DNA from: Neoechinorhynchus agilis
Lineage: Eukaryota; Animalia; Acanthocephala
Assembly: GCA_051530055.1 (NCBI GenBank)
Contig: JBMGUZ010000067.1
Location: 1-14,738, forward strand
Length of the DNA stretch: 14,738 nt
Reading direction: 5' to 3'
In this document: one piece after another, positions 1 to 10,105 of the stretch
Layout of the letters: the number at the start of each line of letters is the position of its first letter
Numbering within the stretch: position 1 is the stretch's first letter
The notes under the pieces: generated by a model
The model's database searches: none
Seen by the model: only the letters and a program-made list of their open reading frames with translations
Told to the model about the DNA's origin: nothing
Position numbers and translations under genes: made by a program

Positions 1-480
1 CGAAATTAGATTCCCTGTTGGATCTGCTCAATCGATTGTCTACAAACAAAACCAATATTGCACATTAATTTCATTCTTGCATCCAAAGCATCCGCCAAAC
101 AAAAGATTTATATGGACGAAATTCCCATGTTTTTTAAATTTTAACAAAAAATGTGAATTTGTAAGCCTTAATAAAATCCGATTGCTGAGATGCCAAAAAA
201 AACTGATAAAATCTTTAATCACTATAATGAATTCGCTTATGAAAGAGTAGAAATTTGAATTCATTATCGGCCACTAAACTGAGCATGACGACTTCCTTAA
301 TTTATGCGATTGCATAATGTTCACACTTGAACACGAAAACTAATTATAGCATCGATCTCGGTATCTCCATGATCAAGAAAACGATACTGAAATCTGATTG
401 GCTGGATCATTATCTGATTAATTTACTACTAAGCAAACGAAAGGCTACTCGTTGATCGTTTCCAGAAATAGAGAAAACCA

Positions 481-906
481 ATGCAAACCAACAACTTGAA
501 CGCGATGCTTTCGAACAGACGAAACATTCGTTTTAGCAATGAAGCAATTTCTTATCTTAACAAATGGTTTGAAGAAAATCGCCAATGTCCTTACATGACA
601 TCGTTCGACCTTGAAACGGCTTCAAGCACAACAGGACTTCGACGAGGACAAATAACCAAATGGTTGGCTAATAAAAGAGAACGTTCAAAATCAAAAAGTT
701 TCAAAGAAAACATTGAACCTTGCCAGCGAAGAGTCCGAACAAAGAAGGAACGTTTGTCGTTTTCGATTGAACAAATTTTGGCAAACGATTATTCAGTGAA
801 AGCAACGCAGCAATGCTTCAAGAATACTTCAACGAAATCGACATTCAACTTTAAGTTTTTAAAAGCTCCGAAATACTTTAAACCTCTCATTCTTGTACAG
901 CGATGA
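481..906 (+). CDS. Divergent TALE-class homeodomain protein (141 aa) with a C-terminal eh1-like FSIEQIL motif
   Basis: aa 11-73 (nt ~511-699) read RRNIRFSNEAISYLNKWFEENRQCPY...GLRRGQITKWLANKRER. F8, L16, W19, F20, W48, N51 and R53 are in place. F20 to W48 spans 31 residues instead of 28, which is the three-amino-acid loop extension, and a PY motif is present. Residue 50 is Ala. AATAAA lies at 944-949. An upstream coding exon cannot be excluded. Confidence 0.85.
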   Translation: MQTNNLNAMLSNRRNIRFSNEAISYLNKWFEENRQCPYMTSFDLETASSTTGLRRGQITKWLANKRERSKSKSFKENIEPCQRRVRTKKERLSFSIEQILANDYSVKATQQCFKNTSTKSTFNFKFLKAPKYFKPLILVQR

Positions 907-1961
907 TTTCAAATGGGATTATTTTGTAAATCTGAGGATGTGTAATAAAAATTTATAAATTCTTTAATCATATCACAAATTATAAATCTTAAAGGTTACG
1001 AATCCTTCCCATAAATTCCTTCTTTTTTTTCAGTTTGTCACATTTGATAAACCGATTCGTTCAAATAAAAAAGCCGACTCATTTCTTTTAAAATCGATAA
1101 CGCACATCAAAATCGTAAGTTTTTGGATCCCAAACAGCGCAGTTCAAATGTGGAAACATGAGACCGCTGACCATTAGATCGTATCTGGATCAGTTTTCCA
1201 TAAGAAAACGATGGCACATTGCGAAATTAATCACGGCTCGGTGTTAGCTTTACTTTGAGTTTATGATTGTGATCTCGATAAAAAATCGAATTAATTGAGC
1301 AACTAAGAAGGAAGTCATTGATAAAATCTTTAATATCGAACATAGACAAGTCTTGGTGTGAATTACGAAAAATCAAATTATCATCCAAAGCTTTCACAGT
1401 CTATGAAAATATGAGAAGATTTTACAGTGCAAAAAAACTAAAGCTTTTCCATTATGTTCTCAAGGAAAATTAAGATAATAAGTCCATTTCACACTCATAA
1501 GATAAATTAAGCTTTCACATTCGCTAAATTCTCATCTGATTTACTTAAAGTTGCCACTTTCACGAAAACGTGAGGAACATAATGGACTTTTGGCAGAATA
1601 CCAAATTGTACTGAATTTTTAAATGGAAAAAAATCAATTTAAAATCATGTTAAAGATTAGTCATCGCATGCATTAAAAAATCAATTTTCAATTTTAAACT
1701 TTAAGAATCGCCAGGACGACCATAATTCAAAAATCTATGATCGTTTTAATGATCCGTTCGTACTTTTGATCTGTTTGCGTGGATTAAAAGTGGAAACACT
1801 CTTTAATCTTGACTACAAAGATGAGCATTCGGCAATTAACGCATTTTCCGATCCTTTGGTCAGTGATCAAAATTTGAAGATCAGCCAAAATTTCTTCAGG
1901 TTACGCAACCCAATCAACGAAAGGCTAAATTGAAGGACTTGATTGCCATAATTAATTTATT

Positions 1962-3083
1962 AGCGATCGATTATTGATTTTTTCAAAGACGTGACAAAAG
2001 ACGTTTTTTGAAAAGGTCTACAAGAGAAGAAATCGACGATCGATGAAAAATCGATAATGGGATCAACTAATTTGGATCAAAGATTATAAATTCTAAAACG
2101 TATCAATAAATATTGCCCCCAGAAAGACTTTGATTCTCAGAAAAACCCAATGTAAAGTTTCCAAATTCACCTATATTGATCGATTATTGATTTTTAAAAA
2201 AGACGTGACATAAACGACGTTTTGAAAAGGTCTACAAGAGAACAAATCGACGATCGATGAAAAATCGATAATGGAATCAACTAATTTGGATAAAAGATTA
2301 TAAATTCCAAAACGTATTAATAAATATTGCCCCAGAAAGACTGATTCTCAGAAAAACACATTGTAAACTTTCCAAATTCACCTCTATTGATCGATTATTG
2401 ATTTTTTAGAGACGTTTTTTTGAAAAGGTCTACAAGAGAAGAAATCGACGATCGATGAAAAATCGATAATGGGATCAACTAATTTGGATCAAAGACTATA
2501 AATTCTAAAACGTTCCAATAAATATTGCCCCAGAAAGACTTTGATTCTCAGAAAAACCCAACGTAAAGTTTCCAAATTCAGCTTTATTGATCGATTATTG
2601 ATTTTTTTAAAGACGTGACATAAACGACGTTTTTTTGAAAAGGTCTACAAGAGAAGAAATCGACGATCGATGAAAAATCGATAATGGGATCTACCAATTT
2701 GGATCAAAGATTATAAATTCTAAAACTTGTCAATAAATTTTGCCCCCAGAAAGACTGATTCTCAGAAAAACCCAATGTAAAGTTTCCAAATTCACCTCTA
2801 TTGATCGATTATTGATTTTTTAGAGACGTTTTTTTTAAAAAGGTCCACAAGAGAAGAAATCGACGATCGATGAAAAATCGATAATGGGATCAACTAATTT
2901 GGATCAAAGATTATAAATTCTAGAACGTATCAATAAATATTGCCCCCAGAAAGACTTTGATTCTCAGAAAAACCCAATGTAAAGTTTCCAAATTCACCTT
3001 TATTGATCGATTATTGATTTTTTTTAAAAGACGTGACATAAACGACGTTTTTTTGAAAAGGTCTACAAGAGAAGAAATCGAAG
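1962..3083. repeat. Tandem array 1: ~5.4 copies of a 200-214 bp unit
   Basis: The anchor GATCGATTATTGA recurs at 1965, 2178, 2389, 2589, 2803 and 3005 (spacings 213, 211, 200, 214, 202). The last copy is partial. Confidence 0.95.
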
Positions 3084-3283
3084 ATCGATGAATTTTGCGA
3101 AGATGAAATCGCTCTTTTATCGCAAGATATTTGAATTAAATCAGACCATTAAAAAAATTAAGTTTAAAAGCTAAGTGGAACAAAGTTTTATAGTCCTATT
3201 AAGATTTGAGGACATAATGTGATTTGTACTAATGACAGAGTTTAAAAACACTTTAAAATTGGGCATTTCATTTATTTGACCAA

Positions 3284-3688
3284 TCAAATCGTAATGGACT
3301 CATCGTTACTGCTAGTGTCCGTGAATACACTCACAAGAGGAGATGGATCGTAAAAATAGCATGCCATCATGGAAGACAAAGCTAAAATGAGACAGGTACA
3401 AGCTTGTCTGGTTTGATCGGAGATTCTTGAGTTAACAAAAGAGATGATAGAACTCATAAGAGATATCCAAGATAGCCATTTGAACTTGAACACAAGAGCA
3501 ATCATTGCACTGATCATGCTAACTAAAGTTAAATTGTCGGCAAACTCGAACTGGTCAGTTGGCGAAAACGAACATTCCGATTGACCAGCATTGTTCCCGG
3601 ATGCCAAGGGATAGAAAAGACAACTTGGATCGTATTTAGAAATTCGATTCGATTGCTTTGGTGACGTGGATGATGATTGGTCAGTCAT
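3284..3688 (-). CDS. WDR83OS: Asterix / PAT10 (UPF0139), small subunit of the ER PAT intramembrane chaperone complex, 134 aa, intronless
   Basis: PKQSNRISKYDP...DNLTLVSMISAMIALVFKFKWLSWISLMSSIISFVNSRISDQTRQ...LALSSMMACYFYDPSP aligns colinearly with the human protein as I recall it (PRRPNKVLRYKP...[45 protein letters not shown]...YLQNPQP). It has three hydrophobic segments. AATAAA lies on the minus strand at 3271-3276. Confidence 0.9.
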   Translation of the reverse strand: MTDQSSSTSPKQSNRISKYDPSCLFYPLASGNNAGQSECSFSPTDQFEFADNLTLVSMISAMIALVFKFKWLSWISLMSSIISFVNSRISDQTRQACTCLILALSSMMACYFYDPSPLVSVFTDTSSNDESITI

Positions 3689-3717
3689 CTATAGTCAATG
3701 AAGAAGTTGAGCTAACA

Positions 3718-5554
3718 CGAGAAATTCGAGTAAAGTCTTAAAAAAGAAGATTTATTTTTTTTAAGACGATTAAATCACGATTTAGTAATATAAAATCGAT
3801 TTTTGCCGAATCTTAGATGGGATCGATAAATGAAGAAAATCTTACCAAGGAATTCATACAATAAAAATACAAAAAAACATGAAAACGAGAAATTCGAGTA
3901 AAATCATAAAAAATAAACAGAATTAAATTGAAACAATATAAAACGTTTTAACCGCAATTTAGTGATATAAAATCGATTTTTGCCGAATCTTAGATGGGAT
4001 CGATAAATGAAGAAAATCTTACCAAGGAATTCATACAATAAAAATACAAAAAACATGAAAAGAGAAATTCGAGTAAAATCATAAAAAATAAACAGAATTA
4101 AATTGAAAAAATATAAAACGTTTTAACCGCAATTTAGTGATATAAAATCGATTTTTGCCTATCTTAGATCAGGTCGATAAATGAAGAAAATCTTACCAAG
4201 GAATTCATGCAATAAAAATACAAAAAAACATGAAAACGAGAAATTCGAGTAAAATCATAAAAAATAAACAGAATTAAATTGAAACAATATAAAACGTTTT
4301 AACCGCAATTTAGTAATATAAAATCGATTTTTGCCGAATCTTAGATCAGGTCGATAAATGAAGAAAATCTTACCAAGGAATTCATGCAATAAAAATACAA
4401 AAAAACATGAAAATGAGAAATTCGAGTAAAATCATAAAAAATAAACAGAATTAAATTGAAAAAATATAAAACGTTTTAACCGCAATTTAGTGATATAAAA
4501 TCGATTTTTGCCGTATCTTAGATCAGGTCGATAAATGAAGAAAATCTTACCAAGGAATTCATGCAATAAAAATACAAAAAAACATGAAAACGAGAAATTC
4601 GAGTAAAATAATAAAAAATAAACAGAATTAAATTGAAAAAATATAAAACGTTTTAACCGCAATTTAGTAATATAAAATCGATTTTTGCCGTATCTTAGAT
4701 GGGATCGATAAATGAAGAAAATCTTACCAAGGAATTCATGCAATAAAAATACAAAAAAACGAGAAATTCGAGTAAAATCATAAAAAATAAACAGAATTAA
4801 ATTGAAAAAATATAAAACGTTTTAACCGCAATTTAGTAATATAAAATCGATTTTTGCCGTATCTTAGATGGGATCGATAAATGAAGAAAATCTTACCAAG
4901 GAATTCATGCAATAAAAATACAAAAAAACATGAAAACGAGAAATTCGAGTAAAATCATAAAAAATAAACAGAATTAAATTGAAAAAATATAAAACGTTTT
5001 AACCGCAATTTAGTAATATAAAATCGATTTTTGCCGAATCTTAGATCAGGTCGATAAATGAAGAAAATCTTACCAAGGAATTCATGCAATAAAAATACAA
5101 AAAAACATGAAAACGAGAAATTCGAGTAAAATCATAAAAAATAAACAGAATTAAATTGAAAAAATATAAAACGTTTTAACCGCAATTTAGTGATATAAAA
5201 TCGATTTTTGCCGAATCTTAGATGGGATCGATAAATGAAGAAAATCTTACCAAGGAATTCATACAATAAAAATACAAAAAAACATGAAAACGAGAAATTC
5301 GAGTAAAATCATAAAAAATAAACAGAATTAAATTGAAAAAATATAAAACGTTTTAACCGCAATTTAGTGATATAAAATCGATTTTTGCCGAATCTTAGAT
5401 GGGATCGATAAATGAAGAAAATCTTACCAAGGAATTCATGCAATAAAAATACAAAAAAACATGAAAACGAGAAATTCGAGTAAAATAATAAAAAATAAAC
5501 AGAATTAAATTGAAAAAACGGAAAATCTAAGACATTCCAACCGCAATTTAGTGA
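3718..5554. repeat. Tandem array 2: ~10.4 copies of a 177 bp AT-rich satellite unit
   Basis: The anchor GAAATTCGAGTA occurs at 3721, 3889, 4063, 4240, 4417, 4594, 4763, 4940, 5117, 5294 and 5471. The spacing is mostly 177, with one 8-bp deletion giving 169. The first and last units are degenerate. Confidence 0.95.
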
Positions 5555-5865
5555 CATCACTCACTTTTTATCCTCAAATATCCAAGATTTGCCCTTAAAA
5601 ATTCTTAAACTATGATGACGCAATCGTAGAATAAATAATTCTTTCGTAGGGTTACCGCAGCTACGAATCATGTGTTTAATCTCAAAAATATTGATTTTCT
5701 CAATATGTTTTATAATGCTTATATTTTATTTTTTTAATGTTTTCACTCGCTAGTTTTAATGAGTTCTTAAACGTTTGTTTATATGAAGAGAAAATCCTTC
5801 AGGACGATAGTTGGAAATAATTCACGGACACGAAATTTTTTATTTACTTTTAATAAGCTTCCGCT

Positions 5866-8800
5866 CCCGATAGATTTTTTCTTGGTGGATAAATCGTTTA
5901 GAGCATTTCTTAAGCTCATCCGAACCTCGGGAATAGCGATCTCCCCGGATACCCGAGCCATACAAAACAATAGAAACCTTTTTCAGGTGACCCGAACGAG
6001 GCTTTTAACTCTTTCACCCTGATGGATTCTTTTCTCTTGGTGGATAAATCGTTTAGAGCATTTCTTAAGCTCGTCCGAACCTCGGGAATAGCGATCTCCC
6101 GGATACCCGAGCCATACAAAACAATAGAAACCTTTTTTAGGTGGCTTGAGTGAGGCTTTTAACTCTTTCACCCTGATGGATTTTTTTCTCTTTGTTGGTA
6201 AATACTTTAGAGCATTTCTTAAGCTCGTCCGAACCTCGGGAATAGCGATCTCCCCGGATACCCGAGCCATACAAAACAATAGAAACCTTTTTTAGGTGGC
6301 TGAGTGAGGCTTTTAACTCTTTCACCCTGATGGATTCTTTTCTCTTGGTGGATAAATCGTTTAGAGCATTTCTTAAGCTCGTCCGAACCTCGGGAATAGC
6401 GATCTCCCCGGATACCCGAGCCATACAAAACAATAGAAACCTTTTTAGGTGGCTTGAGTGAGGCTTTTAACTCTTTCACCCTGATGGATTCTTTTCTCTT
6501 GGTGGATAAATCGTTTAGAGCATTTCTTAAGCTCGTCCGAACCTCGGGAATAGCGATCTCCCCGGATACCCGAGCCATACAAAACAATAGAAACCTTTTT
6601 TAGGTGGCTTGAGTGAGGCTTTTAACTCTTTTACCCTGATGGATTCTTTTCTCTTGGTGGATAAATCGTTTAGAGCATTTCTTAAGCTCGTCCGAACCTC
6701 GGGAATAGCGATCTCCCCGGATACCCGAGCCATACAAAACAATAGAAACCTTTTTTAGGTGGCTTGAGTGAGGCTTTTAACTCTTTCACCCTGATGGATT
6801 CTTTTCTCTTGGTGGATAAATCGTTTAGAGCATTTCTTAAGCTCGTCCGAACCTCGGGAATAGCGATCTCCCCGGATACCCGAGCCATACAAAACAATAG
6901 AAACCTTTTTTAGGTGGCTTGAGTGAGGCTTTTAACTCTTTTACCCTGATGGATTCTTTTCTTGGTGGATAAATCGTTTAGAGCATTTCTTAAGCTCGTC
7001 CGAACCTCGGGAATAGCGATCTCCCCGGATACCCGAGCCATACAAAACAATAGAAACCTTTTTTAGGTGGCTTGAGTGAGGCTTTACTCTTTCACCCTGA
7101 TGGATTTTTTTCTCTTTGTGGATAAATCGTTTAGAGCATTTCTTAAGCTCGTCCGAACCTCGGGAATAGCGATCTCCCGGATACCCGAGCCATACAAAAC
7201 AATAGAAACCTTTTTTAGGTGGCTTGAGTGAGGCTTTTAACTCTTTCACCCTGATGGATTCTTTTCTCTTGGTGGATAAATCGTTTAGAGCATTTCTTAA
7301 GCTCGTCCGAACCTCGGGAATAGCGATCTCCCGGATACCCGAGCCATACAAAACAATAGAAACCTTTTTTAGGTGGCTTGAGTGAGGCTTTTAACTCTTT
7401 CACCCTGATGGATTCTTTTCTCTTGGTGGATAAATCGTTTAGAGCATTTCTTAAGCTCGTCCGAACCTCGGGAATAGCGATCTCCCGGATACCCGAGCCA
7501 TACAAAACAATAGAAACCTTTTTTAGGTGGCTTGAGTGAGGCTTTTAACTCTTTTACCCTGATGGATTCTTTTCTCTTTGTGGATAAATCGTTTAGAGCA
7601 TTTCTTAAGCTCGTCCGAACCTCGGGAATAGCGATCTCCCCGGATACCCGAGCCATACAAAACAATAGAAACCTTTTTTAGGTGGCTTGAGTGAGGCTTT
7701 TAACTCTTTCACCCTGATGGATTTTTTTCTCTTTGTGGATAAATCGTTTAGAGCATTTCTTAAGCTCGTCCGAACCTCGGGAATAGCGATCTCCCGGATA
7801 CCCGAGCCATACAAAACAATAGAAACCTTTTTTAGGTGGCTTGAGTGAGGCTTTTAACTCTTTCACCCTGATGGATTCTTTTCTCTTGGTGGATAAATCG
7901 TTTAGAGCATTTCTTAAGCTCGTCCGAACCTCGGGAATAGCGATCTCCCCGGATACCCGAGCCATACAAAACAATAGAAACCTTTTTTAGGTGGCTTGAG
8001 TGAGGCTTTTAACTCTTTTACCCTGATGGATTTTTTTCTCTTGGTGGATAAATCGTTTAGAGCATTTCTTAAGCTCGTCCGAACCTCGGGAATAGCGATC
8101 TCCCCGGATACCCGAGCCATACAAAACAATAGAAACCTTTTTTAGGTGGCTTGAGTGAGGCTTTTAACTCTTTTACCCTGATGGATTCTTTTCTCTTGGT
8201 GGATAAATCGTTTAGAGCATTTCTTAAGCTCGTCCGAACCTCGGGAATAGCGATCTCCCCGGATACCCGAGCCATACAAAACAATAGAAACCTTTTTTAG
8301 GTGGCTTGAGTGAGGCTTTTAACTCTTTCACCCTGATGGATTCTTTTCTCTTGGTGGATAAATCGTTTAGAGCATTTCTTAAGCTCGTCCGAACCTCGGG
8401 AATAGCGATCTCCCCGGATACCCGAGCCATACAAAACAATAGAAACCTTTTTTAGGTGGCTTGAGTGAGGCTTTTAACTCTTTTACCCTGATGGATTCTT
8501 TTCTCTTGGTGGATAAATCGTTTAGAGCATTTCTTAAGCTCGTCCGAACCTCGGGAATAGCGATCTCCCCGGATACCCGAGCCATACAAAACAATAGAAA
8601 CCTTTTTTAGGTGGCTTGAGTGAGGCTTTTAACTCTTTCACCCTGATGGATTCTTTTCTCTTGGTGGATAAATCGTTTAGAGCATTTCTTAAGCTCGTCC
8701 GAACCTCGGGAATAGCGATCTCCCCGGATACCCGAGCCATACAAAACAATAGAAACCTTTTTTAGGTGGCTTGAGTGAGGCTTTTAACTCTTTTACCCTG

Positions 8801-9838
8801 ATGGATTCTTTTCTCTTGGTGGATAAATCGTTTAGAGCATTTCTTAAGCTCGTCCGAACCTCGGGAATAGCGATCTCCCCGGATACCCGAGCCATACAAA
8901 ACAATAGAAACCTTTTTTAGGTGGCTTGAGTGAGGCTTTTAACTCTTTCACCCTGATGGATTCTTTTCTCTTGGTGGATAAATCGTTTGAATTTCTTAAG
9001 CTCGTCCGAACCTCGGGAATAGCGATCTCCCGGATACCCGAGCCATACAAAACAATAGAAACCTTTTTAGGTGGCCTGAGTGAGGCTTTTAACTCTTTTA
9101 CCCTGATGGATTCTTTTCTCTTGGTGGATAAATCGTTTAGAGCATTTCTTAAGCTCGTCCGAACCTCGGGAATAGCGATCTCCCCGGATACCCGAGCCAT
9201 ACAAAACAATAGAAACCTTTTTTAGGTGGCTTGAGTGAGGCTTTTAACTCTTTCACCCTGATGGATTCTTTTCTCTTGGTGGATAAATCGTTTGGAGCAT
9301 TTCTTAAGCTCATCCGAACCTCGGGAATAGCGATCTATCCGGATACCCGAGCCATACAAAACAATAGAAACCTTTTTTAGGTGGCCTGAGTGAGGCTTTT
9401 AACTCTTTCACCCTGATGGATTCTTTCTCTTGGTGGATAAATCGTTTAGAGCATTTCTTAAGCTCGTCCGAACCTCGGAATAGCGATCTATCCGGATACC
9501 CGAGCCATACAAAACAATAGAAACCTTTTTTAGGTTGCCTGAGTGAGGCTTTTAACTCTTTTACCCTGATGGATTTTTTTCTCTTGGTGGATAAATCGTT
9601 TAGAGCATTTCTTAAGCTCGTCCGAACCTCGGGAATAGCGATCTCCCGGATACCCGAGCCATACAAAACAATAGAAACCTTTTTTAGGTGGCTTGAGTGA
9701 GGCTTTTAACTCTTTCACCCTGATGGATTTTTTTCTCTTTGTGGATAAATCGTTTAGAGCATTTCTTAAGCTCGTGCGAACCTCGGGAATAGCGATCTCC
9801 CGGATACCCGATCCATACAAAACAATAGAAACCTTTTT
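5866..9838. repeat. Tandem array 3: ~26 copies of a 152-155 bp satellite unit
   Basis: The anchor GAACCTCGG occurs 26 times from 5922 to 9778, with spacings of 152-155. Variation is mostly in homopolymer lengths. The central units are nearly identical and the edge units are more diverged. The many repeated ORFs in the track are by-products of this array. Confidence 0.97.
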
Positions 9839-10105
9839 TTATGTGGCTCGAAATGGGTTTCCTCTTTCGAAATATTTTTGTCCGTTCGGTTTGGTGGGTG
9901 GACTATGAGTACCAAATCTCGTATTTGCAAAAAATTGATTTTAGAATGTATTAAAAGGAATAAATATCATCGCGGGGAAATTCTTTTGATACGATAGAGT
10001 TTGAATGTATTTTCGTCCAAATGATTTTCACTAAAACTGCAAGTTTTTTGTTGATTGTTCAAAAATTCGATGAATCCTCGATGTATTTTTTAGATAAATA
10101 GAAAA

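Noticed and set aside
2-264. Open frames at the window start (plus 2-250; plus 3-68 KLDSLLDLLNRLSTNKTNIAH*; minus ORF 40-264)
   Set aside because: No recognisable family and truncated by the window edge. One may be the end of an upstream gene or an upstream homeobox exon (GTAAGC at 161 could join in frame at 472), but I cannot choose between them.
4432-5560. Minus-strand ORFs of 103 and 83 aa
   Set aside because: F/L-rich antisense translations of the A-rich satellite unit.
5866-9838. CRISPR array interpretation
   Set aside because: Units are identical over their whole length with no unique spacers, there are no cas genes, and the context is eukaryotic.
5866-9838. 5S rRNA-like words (GCCATAC, CACCCTGA, CTCGTCCGA..CTCGG) in the unit
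   Set aside because: They are separated by ~45-50 nt of unrelated sequence, there is no box C and no 5S fold; likely chance.
5866-9838. Satellite hammerhead ribozyme (CTGATGG ... GAAAC)
   Set aside because: The core needs CUGANGA, and here the last A is G. The GAAA is ~100 nt away and I found no supporting stems.
5779-9908. About 25 repeated ORFs (MFCMARVSG..., MYGSG...)
   Set aside because: Read-throughs of the satellite whose ends depend on homopolymer lengths; no continuous gene.
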